Assembly (NCBI RefSeq): GCF_009914755.1
Contig: NC_060935.1
Direction: 5' to 3' (one strand)
DNA: 64,000 nucleotides
Source of the DNA: the human T2T-CHM13v2.0 reference genome, Homo sapiens
Shown: in pieces, positions 51,695-64,000 of the stretch
How the letters are laid out: each line of letters opens with the position of its first letter
Numbering within the stretch: position 1 is the stretch's first letter
Notes under the pieces: generated by a model
Told to the model about the DNA's origin: nothing
The model's database searches: none
What the model saw: only the letters and a program-made list of their open reading frames with translations
Made by a program: the position numbers and the translations under genes

Positions 51695-53255
51695 ACAAAG
51701 TCCAAGTGCTTGTTTTAATGCTATTTTTTTTTTTAATGATGATGTTCAAACTTTTGAAGAGAAATCTGAAAATGAATATTTAGGGCCCATCCAAATAAAG
51801 AAGTTTGATTAGGACTTTTTAAGAATCAATGTTATTAACAGGTTAAAAAAAGCAACACTGAGATGAAAAGCAAGTTTAACCATAATGAAGTTCTCTTTGT
51901 TTTCTTCAAAAATGCTTGTTAAACATTTTTTTAGTACTTTGGTATGGAGAATTGGCTGTGCATAGAATTGTTATTGAAATAACAAAACACTATAGTTGTA
52001 GGTAGTCCATCCATTAGGGAAGTGGTGGCTTGTTTGATTGGATTCCTTTTTATTCACTGTAATGAGATTTTTGCTTGGGGATTTAAATGTTTAAAGATTC
52101 AATAACACTGAAAATTCAAGTTCAAGAAATGATCGTGAGGCCCTGCTGGCCTGACCCAAAGTGAGATGATCGTGTGGCATTCAGGGGGTGTTTCTGGCAG
52201 TGCTGTTACTGTTAGAGAATGAGACCACCCTTCAAGGGGCTGCTCATGTCCACGGAGCAGAGTCCGTCTCTCACATTTGAGACTGGGGAAGGAAGGCATA
52301 CATGACAGGCTGGGCCTCACCACACCCACCTGGACCTCAGATCCCTTGTGATGGGAAGCCCACTTGGGGAGTAGAACCCTTGGCAATACCGACTCAGGGT
52401 TGGTGAAATCGCCTTTTCATGACAATTGATGATTCTCATCCACTGAGGAAATTACATTTCACCTGAACTCCCCAGTCCCTCAGGCAATGGCCAGCAGAGT
52501 GTCAGAGGGCACAGCTGAAGGTGCGAGAGTCAGCATAGTGCATTTGCTGCAGGGTGGAAGCTTGCAACGAGGAAGGCTGGCAATAAATGTACATTATTAT
52601 GTCTCCAGAAGTGCTTAGTTTTTATTTATTTCTAATTCTTTCTGCTTTTTTTTTTCACGAGCACTGCTTAGAACTCAAGTTCCTGGGATCAAACTTGTAT
52701 CACACAGGCTGGAGAAGGCTGTGGAGAAACTGAGTCCTCCCAGGTCTCAAGGTGGGTGGAGGGAGCCTGCAGGGGTCTCCTTCCCTCCCCTCTTGCCTGT
52801 TCTGCCTGGTCAGAGCCTGCACACGAGTGCAGAGGGCTCCCTTAGAGAGGGCCGGGCTAGAGGAAGCTGAAGTTTCAGAATAAGCAGCTTATTCTGTGGC
52901 CTCCTTTCCACTACAGACTCCTTGAGGAGGAGTAAGACCCCAGAAGGACAGGTGAGTCTCACCTAGGCTGACCAAAGTCCAGCTCAGCCAGCCCTTGATC
53001 TATCCAAGACATCCGCCCACAGCAGTGAGAAGCTGATGCCACTCAAAGCCATTCTCAGTCTACATCCACGATGCTGGGAAAGAAAAACCAAGTTCAATTT
53101 ACCAAAATATCTGTATTATCTATAAAAATTGAACTCTAATGAGTCACTGATACGGGAGGCAGCAATACCCGACTGTGCTGACATGCAGAAGGAAGACAGC
53201 TCTGTCCCACCAACCCTATAGCAGAACATTTGTATTGAGTGGCACGTGGGCTGAG
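51695..53255 (-). other. SCUBE2: SCUBE2 3'UTR with several candidate poly(A) signals
   Basis: Minus-strand AATAAA at 52625-52630/52621-52626 and 52049-52054, ATTAAA at 51714-51719; region free of obvious interspersed repeats. Confidence 0.7.
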
Positions 53256-53408
<153 letters not shown>

Positions 53409-53805
53409 CTAAAAAGAACAGAATTTTTGTTACTGGGCCAAAATATTTAAATATGCTGACATTTTGCCCATGGAACTATAATGACCCAGTATTAGGCCGT
53501 AGCTTGCTTAGCTGAAAAACACTTGCAAAAATTGTTTCCTCTGATTTTTATCTTCTTTCCAGTTTTTATTTTTCCTAATTAGTTTTAAGAAGTATGAATT
53601 ACTTTTATAAATAAAACTTTAATATGTAAAATCCTGTTTTCTTTTTTCCCAACCAGATGAATGCAACACTGGGATTTGGGAGTATTTGTAGGATTAGTGA
53701 TACCACAAGTGTTTATTGCTAATTATTTATAAGTATTTAAACTTTGGTGAATTTTAGGCTTGAAGTATACATAAAGAGCCAAGGATCCTCAACTATTTGG
53801 AATTA

Positions 53806-54204
<399 letters not shown>

Positions 54205-54279
54205 TTAGTTGCTTCCAAACTCACTCTTTCACTTTTTGATAAGGTTCTGAGAAATGCCCCTTCTGTGGCTGCTATCACT

Positions 54280-55050
54280 TACCATTCTGCTTACTGAGAA
54301 GACAGTCAGAAGAAAACTTCCACAGACTCCCACCACCACCTCTCTTCACCTACCAGCATCTGCACCCATCTTCCCCGTCCCCTCTTCCCTCAGACGAGCC
54401 TCTGTGCATCCAGTCCAGGCTCATCCCTCCACTTAGCATGCCAGGTCCATCTTCTCTCCCCAAATCAAAAGCATTGTTCTAGTAATTCTGCTCTTTCTTT
54501 CCTACATGATACATTTTTCTCTCTATTCGTCTCTCCCACCAGCATGCAAAAATGCTGTATGTCTCTGACTTTAAAAATCCCTCCCTTGACCTCATTTCTC
54601 CCTCCAGCTTCCATCTCACTTACCTGCTCCCTTTTGCAGCAAAAATCCTTAAAAAAATTGTCAGCACCCACTGTCTCTAATTCTTTTCCTTTCTTTCTCT
54701 CTTAAACCCAGTCCAATCAGCTTTGGCCCCCATCACTCCTCCAAAACTGCTTGGTGAGACCAGCAATGACCTTCATGTTGTTAAATCCCAACGGCCAGTT
54801 CTTGGTCTTCATCCTCCTTGATGCATCAGTAGCTTTTGACCTGGCTGGTCACTCCTCCTCCTTGATCCAGTTCTTCACTGAGCTTCCAGGACACCATGCT
54901 CTTTGGTTTTCCTCCTACCTTACCGGTTACTTCTCTGAGGCTTCTTTGCTTTTCTTCTTCTCTCTGACCTATTACCAAAGGAGGGTCCCAGGGCTTAGTC
55001 CCTGGTCTTCTCTTCTCTGTCTATACTCACTTCCTGTTGAGCTCATCAGG
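54280..55050. mobile_element. L2 fragment in SCUBE2 intron
   Basis: ccaatcagc...ccccatcactcc...caatgaccttcatgttgttaaatcc L2 ORF2 motifs. Confidence 0.65.
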
Positions 55051-57872
55051 CTCTCCTTTCCCTCTCACCTCCCCACCTCCCGCTTTTTTCTCTATTCTTG
55101 TATTATGTAAAACAATCAAGCTTCTTATCCACCAAGAAAGACTCTTCTCTCCTTTATTTGAATGGGGCTGGAGGGTGGAGAATTTGGCTGGTCGGGGAGG
55201 AAGAAAACTGTGTGTGTTCTCTCATTAATATTTTTTGTCCTGATATACACATTAAATGCAGTGCATGCTGTACTTCTCCAAATGCCAATCTTCCCCCTTT
55301 GAAGTCTAGCTTACTTCCTATAGGCATCATTCAAATTAAGCATATGCAAAGCACAATCTTTTCCAAATTCCAGACACAGAAAAAATGCCTCTTTGTATGC
55401 ATATCATGTGCGACAAAGCCAAACACATTATAAGAACATCATTGAAATTGTGTGAGAGGAACTCTTGAAAAGTTTCTCTCAGTTAAGGGATGGCAAATGG
55501 AAAGTAATGGTATAATAGTCACAATTACTAATTCGATATGTTTACAATAGCATTGGTACTCCATTAGTGTGGTGTCTTTCTTTTATTTTAGTGAATATAA
55601 AATATGAGAATACATTTTCTTTTCATCTTGAATTCCTCTGCGGCAGTATCTCTCCTCTTTTTGTTGATGGGACTTACCATTAAGAATGTCGGTTGCTGTG
55701 CTGCGTTCTGGTGTAATAGAAAACTAGACAGCTGTTTGCCACTCCACCAAATGCTTCCCGACTGCTATCGTTTAAAAAAAATATTTCTTCTGCTTTTAAG
55801 AACTACTGTGTTTCCTTACTTGCTCCAACTCATTAGAAACGCAGGAAAGTTACAGGTAAGAATCCAGGCTCTGGAGTCCCACAGTCCTGGTTCAAACCTT
55901 GCTTTGCAACCTTGCCATGCTGGGACCTTAGGTCAGTTCCTTAAATCTCTAAGCCTGAATGGCCTCATCTATAAAATCAGGAAATAATCAAGTCTACTTT
56001 ATGGAGTGATTGTGAGGAAAGCACCATGTAAAAGTCACTTCAGCATGTACCTGGCAGTCAGCAATGCTCAATGTGTGTTAGCCCCAGCTACAGTTCTCAC
56101 CGTTGTCCAGCGCTCAGAGGGCCCGTCTGTAGCAGCCTCATGTGCACCTTCTAAATGTGATTTCTATCCTTCTGGGTTTGAAAAGAAGATATCAAACTTT
56201 TTGGAAATATATGTTTGAAAAAAAAAAAACTCTGAGTGAAGGCCTTGGGAGCTTCTCTGTGGGGAAAATAGCAGTTTCCAACTATTCTCTACTGTGACAC
56301 ATGCAAGACTCACTCTCGTGGGCATACACTGCATTATGCGTAATTTTCCCCAGTTGGAGCTACAACTCTTTTTCATTTTAAAAAAAATCAAGACATTTTC
56401 ATGTGTCACAAAGGCAGAGTTGAGAACAGCCATATTTATTTTGAAGTCTCAGTGTCTTTTTGCTTTCTTCCTGATTCCAGATAGGAGAGGTTGCCAGTTG
56501 GTTGCTTTTGGGTAGATGAGGCTCTCTGTCTCTCTCAGCAGAGCCATGTGGGAGGCATTTGGGTCCACCCCAAGAGATACTAAAACTCCTTGTCTTGGGT
56601 GTTTGTTTGACATTATTTCAGGCATCTGTAGGACAAAGATGATGATCCGTGCTTTTGTTACTTTTTAGGAAAGCCATAGAATATTGTCTTCCCAAACAAT
56701 TTTGGCACTTGTCATCCTAAAATCCTTCAGTGGCTTCCTCTAAGATTAAGTCTATCCTCCAGAGCTTGGCCCTGAAGGCTCTTCACAGCTGAACCCCATT
56801 CCCTTCTAGTCTCCTCTCTCACTGCCAAGCCCCACACACCCAACCCACTGACCAAATAAGACCATTCGTCAGTCCACACGTACACCGGGGTACTTCATCC
56901 TTTGACTTATGTCCTTCCCTCTTTCTGAATGTCCTTCTCCCCCATTTATGCTCAAAATGTATATGTTATTTCAAGACCCACATCTCTCAAGACTTTGCTC
57001 TATTCCTTCTAAAAGCTCATGTAAAATTAACTGCTGCTGCTGCTTCCATGCTCACATAGGGCTTTGGGCTGTTATAGCAGCTATAACAATATATATATTT
57101 TGTGTTTCTGTCACTAACCATGTTGTTTCCAGCACTTAGGCCAATGCCTGACATAGTAGATGCTCATTAAATATTTGTTGGCTAGGTGAACAAATAAGCT
57201 CAGGAAGAAACAAATGACTCCTCTCCTACAGGACTGTGTAGTCCTCCAGGACAAAGATCCAGTTCATTTTATGCTCCTAGTCAATGTTTTCCAACCAAGT
57301 CTCAGAGCTAGGTAGAGCCCCAGGGCTCAGATGGGCCACCTCTTCATCTAACATGAAGAAAATTAAAACAGAAGTCATCTGACTTGCCCAAGATCCCACA
57401 GTGAGTCAGTGAAAAAGCCAGGACCAGAACTCAGGTCCTTCCCTGCCTCAGGATTCTACCTAATAAAAGCCACAATCATCAGAAGTTAATATTTACTGAA
57501 CAATTGCTATGTGCCAGGCACTGCCTCACGTCCTTTAGGAACTCTCACTGAACTCTTAAATAAGTCTAATGATTATCCTCATTCGCACATTAAGAACTTG
57601 AGGCTTAGAGATGGTGGCATACACAGTCACAGAGAAATCATAGCCAGGCTAATCAGTCTGACTCCAGTGCCCATGTTCTTACTCACCAAGCTATGCTCAC
57701 TTTTAATATATTTTATAAAACATCTTTTCCTCCTATTGTCAGTGTCCCCAAATGCCTGTTAAAATTTGGCACTTGTGAGTCAGCAATGTCTTTTCCCCTC
57801 ATCTTGCCTGCCTTTCTGAGCATGTGTGCTTGTCAGCAGTTTGCCAGCTGGCTCCGAAGTTGGCTCTGTTCA

Positions 57873-58103
<231 letters not shown>

Positions 58104-58540
58104 TCATCACTGATCAGGCATAGAGTAGATGCTCATCTTTCTAAACACTCAAACCATACAATAAGTTATGCTCAAAAGCTCTTCAGGCCCAGCTGAGCCA
58201 TCATAAGTCAAAGGTCCTGGAAACAGAGTAGATTCAGCTGGTAATTGTGGACCCCCAGGGGAGGCTACACCTGAAAGACCTGGGGCTTGGCAAGCAGCAG
58301 CAGCCCAGGCTGTACCGTTCACTGTAGGAGCTGGGTGAGGGCCTCCCATTCCAGAACTGACCTGCTGTCATCTAATTGTCATCACCACCATTTGCTGCCT
58401 AAGATCAGGCAGCATGCTAGGCAATTTATGGACTTTGTCTCATTTAATCTTCTGAAAACCACAGAAAGTTGGTGCAACCGTTACCTTTTTAATAGAGAGA
58501 TTAAATACTTGCCCAGGGTCATATAGCCAGTATGTGGTAA

Positions 58541-58952
<412 letters not shown>

Positions 58953-59571
58953 TGAACTCCTTTAGCCCTTATAACCTTATAAGGTAGCAACTGTTACTAG
59001 CCCCATTTTAACAGATGAGAAGACAAGTGCAGAAAGATTCAGAATGTGTGCCCGAGATCATAGAACTAGTAAGAGGTGGAACTGGGACAGAGATCCAGGC
59101 AGTCTGGCTGCAGAGAGCCCCTCATTACACTGCCCATAAGCTGTGTTGACAGCAGTCTTCCTTTATGGACACTGGACCATGAATCAGGATAGGAGGACAG
59201 GTCCCCACCTGGCCAGGCTCGGTCAGTCTCCAAGCCATCAGTTGCAACTCAGTATGAGGCCTTGTCTGGGGCCAACACTGCATGATCCTCACTGGCTCTC
59301 TGGGTCCTTGTGGAAGAGGGTCCAAAACGCCCCAGTGAGCACAGAGGGGAAGACTGACCTGCAGGATCACTACCTCTGGGGCCCAGCAAGACGCTTCAGT
59401 GTGTGGCTTTCATTTAAATTTTGTTTCTCACCAACTCTATAAACTCATGTTCACCTCTGCTCTAATATGGAGGTGACGTTCTAGGCCTGCCTCCTCACAT
59501 TGAAAGCCTGAGGAGCAGGTCATCAGGCTTCCCAGCTGGCCTGAGAAAGGGAGGGAGGGAGTGAGACGCAC

Positions 59572-59769
59572 AGGTTTTCCGCATCACCAGATAGTCCCCA
59601 CAGTCGTCCTCTATGGGCAGGAAGATCTCAGGGACCACGATCAGGATGCGGCGCTTGGGGGGTGGGTTGATGGTCCACGTACACTCGGTGTTGGCTGGGT
59701 AATTGCCTGGGTAGTTTGGGGATTCAATGTACCCAGTGAAATCTCCCAGCTCCCCTCCACATCTTCTGT
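59572..59769 (-). CDS. SCUBE2: SCUBE2 exon, CUB domain N-half ([66 protein letters not shown])
   Basis: Acceptor ctttttcag|, donor CCT|gtgcgt, 198 nt, phase 1-1; CUB signature CGG...G.I.SPNYP..YP...C.W.I. Confidence 0.95.
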
Positions 59770-60269
59770 CTGAAAAAGGAGATGCCCCGAGTTATGGCAC
59801 GACACTGTCATCTCTGTCCTGACCACCGCTAGCTTGCCGAGCCCCGCAGCACCCCTGTTGCCACCCAGGAATGGGGCATGAAAATGACACCATCTGGGAA
59901 TGAGTCTGTCCTTCCCAGAGGGCCCCCTGTGGGAGCCAAACCATTAGCTCCCCACAAGGAGTCTACCCCTCTGAGTTCCTGAGGCACTGTTTTCTCATTA
60001 GCCCGAAAGTGTTCACGGTCAGGGCAGGTAATTGTGAACAAAAGGATAAATTTAGCTTTCAGTATTTTGTTTACCAAGTCCAAGTGCCAGAAGAACCCAT
60101 GAGACAGAACTTCTAGGTCTCTCAAAATAGGGGGAACAGAGCTCATTGCTCTGCAGAGACTATCTGACCCTTTTTCAGAGAACTTTGATGAAGACAGACA
60201 TATATTTTTCACTTTTCTCTCTGGTTAAGACCACATTTTATTTTTTATTCATCTTTTAAAAAAATTATT

Positions 60270-60540
60270 ATTATTTTGAGATGAGGTCTCTCTCTGTTGC
60301 CCAGGCTGGAGTGCAGTGGTGCGATCATGGCTCACTGCGCCCTTCACCTCCTGGGCTCAAGCCTCCCAAGAAGCTGGGACCATATGCAAGTGCCATCAGG
60401 CCTGGCTAATTTTTTTTCCTCATTTTTTTTGTGGAGACAAGGTCTATGCTGCCCAGGCTGGTCTGGAACTCAGGCTCAAGCTATCCCGGCCTTGTCCTCC
60501 CAAAGTGCTAGGACTACAGGCATGAGCCACTGCACCCAAC
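60270..60540 (-). repeat. Alu (AluJ-like)
   Basis: Reverse-complement Alu; TSD ccacattttattttt. Confidence 0.85.
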
Positions 60541-62055
60541 CCACATTTTATTTTTAAGGAAGGAAGAAAATTCTAATTAGCTATCAGTAGGTACGGGGCA
60601 TGCTGGATACCTACGTCTGGCACCAAAGACAGAGGCTGCACACATGTGCACATGCTTGCACAGACCCCTCCTTCACCCACAGCACCCAGCTGCATCTTCA
60701 TTCATCCCAGAAGTGTCACCCAAAGCTCTGAGAGCTCAGAAATGAGAAAGACACAGTCTTTGCTCTCAAGGAGCTCATTATTTAATACTGTCAGGTAAAT
60801 CTGTGCAAGAGAAGATGTTGAAGGGATTACTTTTTCCCTCTCTAGTTACAACTGGGATTTATTATTACTAGAAAAAAAATAAATAGGCTTTTCTTCTTGG
60901 AAGAAAAGAGGAGGAAGGGGGAGCCATGGGGCGGAGAATTGCCTTCAGTCCTGAAGGGCTGCCCTAGGAACTGTGCCATAAGGCTCCCATGGGGCCAACC
61001 AAGGGCCAGGTGGTGGAATACAAGGGAACATTCATCTTGTTCTAACACTGTGAGCTTTCTAAAGTCCAATCCACCAACAAGCTAGGATATCATGAGGTAG
61101 CAAGCTTCCTGTCACAGCAGGTATTCAAGAAGAGACTAGATGGAAGGCTACTTATAAAGATGTTGTTAAAAGGACTTCCTTGCAATAGAGAGAAAACCAG
61201 ATGATCTTTCAATCATAAAGTTCTAATGATGTACTGCCCCCCTCAGTCCCAAGCTCCTCCAGTTTAGGGGGGGCCTCCTTGCTCCTCTGACTGCTATCTT
61301 AAAGATTAGCTGGGATTTACTTTTGGCCTTTACTACAGAGTTTTTGTTGTAATTTTGGTTATAAATAGTGGCTTTAAAAAAAAAGCCTAGACAGCAAGTC
61401 CTTAAATGATTTGCTTCCCCCTTCCTATAAAACACAAACCGGTCTCCTCAGCATCCATCCGAGGCTTTGCCTCCTGGTCTGCCTGAGACTCCCTTCGGCA
61501 CATTCTAGCCTGAGGTCCAGGGGTCTCCTCCCAAAAGGCCTTTGCTTGCCTCGATCTGTGCTTCCCCCAGCTGCTCTCTCAAACATAAGGCTCTTTCTCC
61601 TACTCTTTCCCCACCCTCTCCATCAAAACCTTCTCACACCCTCCAGAAGCCTTTCCTCATCTCTCGAGACAGAGTCAATCGCTCCTTCCTCTGCAGCCTC
61701 ACTGCCTGAGCTCCTTGCAGGTTCAGCGATGCCGACTCATTCTGCCTAATATCAACCAAGTCCCAGCAGAATGCTGGGCACGTAACAGGTCCTCAAGCAA
61801 TGCATGCTGATCAAGGCTGGACTAAAATTATGCCCCAGGGAGGAAATTAAGGCAAGTACAGCTTGTAAGTGTGCCTGAGGAAGCAGCCAGGATCAATAAA
61901 GATGAGTCGCTCTGCACAGTCAGGCCCTGCTCTCTCTCCATGCTGGTCTGCATGGCTGTGAGCTGGGCTCATAACATCTACATGGTTCTGAGTGAACCTG
62001 GGACCTCTGCCCCGTGCCCCCTGCTCTGAGGTGGACCCAGACACATATCTTCTTA

Positions 62056-62259
<204 letters not shown>

Positions 62260-62875
62260 TCAAGGGAGGGTGAAAAGAATGAAAAAAAGAAAGATTATTT
62301 TTAATCAAATGCAGCACAAAGATTTTAAAGTTTGTGAAAGAAATGTTTATGTGCAAATGAAGTAGGGCTTTCCTACCAATCTGGGGCTAATCAACACTTA
62401 ATTCCCTAAATAGGCAGTGTGGATGGGGCTCATGAAATAGAGAAATATAGAGGAACAAGATATGTGTGTATCTCCAAAGAGTTTATGGTTCATGCAGAGT
62501 CAGGCATCAATGATCACAACTCCAGTCTTCATGCAGAGCACGTCTGTGAGTATAGGGGGCGGGCAGTTGCAGAACTGAGGTTGGGTTTAGAGTTGGGCTC
62601 CCTGGGAAAAGGCAGCTGGAGTGGGGTTCTGGAGAAGGGGTATTGGGGGGAAGCTCTAGGTCAGGGCACTGAGATGGAGGAGGGCTAGAGGAAGGAACCA
62701 GGGGAACCTGCGTACCAACTGGCTCATCAGTGCCTGATCATCCCTTGTCAGCCTGTCCAAAGGGGCTAAGGTGGCTGGAGGACAGCTTGTCCAGTGAGTT
62801 CCAGTGCCCCCTGCACATCCTGCTGGGGCAAGTGGAGCTGGGACCTGAACCCCCAGCCACTGGGGCACTGCATCA

Positions 62876-63250
<375 letters not shown>

Positions 63251-63556
63251 TCAGTCAGAGAGCACACAGTCAATGCTGTGGTGCTTCTGACCCTGAGTCA
63301 ATGGCACATGAGTGCCTGCTGTTTACACACAGGGCTACACAGCACAGTGCAAAGATGGAAACCAAGAAGTCAAGTGTCAACTGCTTCCAAAGTATGGGAA
63401 GGCCTGGGTAGTTCTCAGGCTTAGGCCTACACACTGCCTAGGCATCCCCTGCAATGCAGGAGAGAGAGTTCTCTGCCCTGGGACCAATTTGGTAATTAGA
63501 CCCAGAAGTACCCCTTTACCCAGCTGATTACAGCCTATTGATATAAAGAGTGATCC

Positions 63557-63848
63557 GGGCTGGGCTTGATGGCTCACGCCTGTAATCTCAACACTCTGGG
63601 AGGCTGAGGCAGGAGAATCACTTGAGCCTAGGAGCTCAAGACCAGCCTAGGCAACATGGCGAAATCTCTACAAAAAAATTTAAAAATTAGCCAGACATAG
63701 TGGCACATGTCTGTAGTCCCAGCTACTCTGGGACTGAGGCAGGAGGATCACTTGAGCCCAGGAATTCCAGGCTGCAGTGAGCCATATTTGCACCACGGCA
63801 CTCCAGCCTGGGTGATCCAGAAAGACCTTGTCTCTAAAAAAAAAAAAG
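63557..63848 (+). repeat. Alu (AluJ-like)
   Basis: Alu consensus; TSD aaagagtga(t/c)cc. Confidence 0.88.
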
Positions 63849-64000
63849 AGTGACCCAAAGAGTCTCCCCTGTTTTAACAATAATATTTACTAAGTTAGAT
63901 CTTACACATGTTATACCTGGGACAAGAAACACAGTCATAAACAAACAAAAGGATTTCTAAAAGCACATGTTCCTCAGGAATTAGTCATTGGCAAGATGCT

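Overview
Human (primate) genomic DNA, recognised from the encoded proteins as the NRIP3-SCUBE2 region of chr11p15. It contains the complete 7-exon NRIP3 gene on the minus strand. The CDS assembled by hand from GT-AG exons is 726 nt (241 aa) and carries a DDI1/retropepsin-like D-T-G motif; the gene has a CpG-island promoter (TATA, CRE, GC box) and a ~3 kb 3'UTR. The window also holds the last six coding exons and 3'UTR of SCUBE2 (minus strand; Cys-rich repeats, CUB domain, C-terminus). The rest is repeat-rich: about 30 Alus plus L1, L2, MIR, MaLR and MER58 fragments. Notable structures are (1) a full-length SVA with a ~170 bp 3' transduction inside a 14-bp TSD, ending ~0.8 kb from the NRIP3 poly(A) site; (2) a twin-primed 5'-inverted L1PA nested in a locally duplicated L1M segment; (3) a head-to-tail fused Alu dimer under one TSD; (4) fold-back palindromes; (5) a possible fossil retroelement pol; and (6) phase compatibility for an in-frame SCUBE2-NRIP3 read-through fusion, which is a hypothesis only. 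Most ORF-track entries are repeat artefacts. Repeat boundaries and subfamily calls are by eye and approximate.
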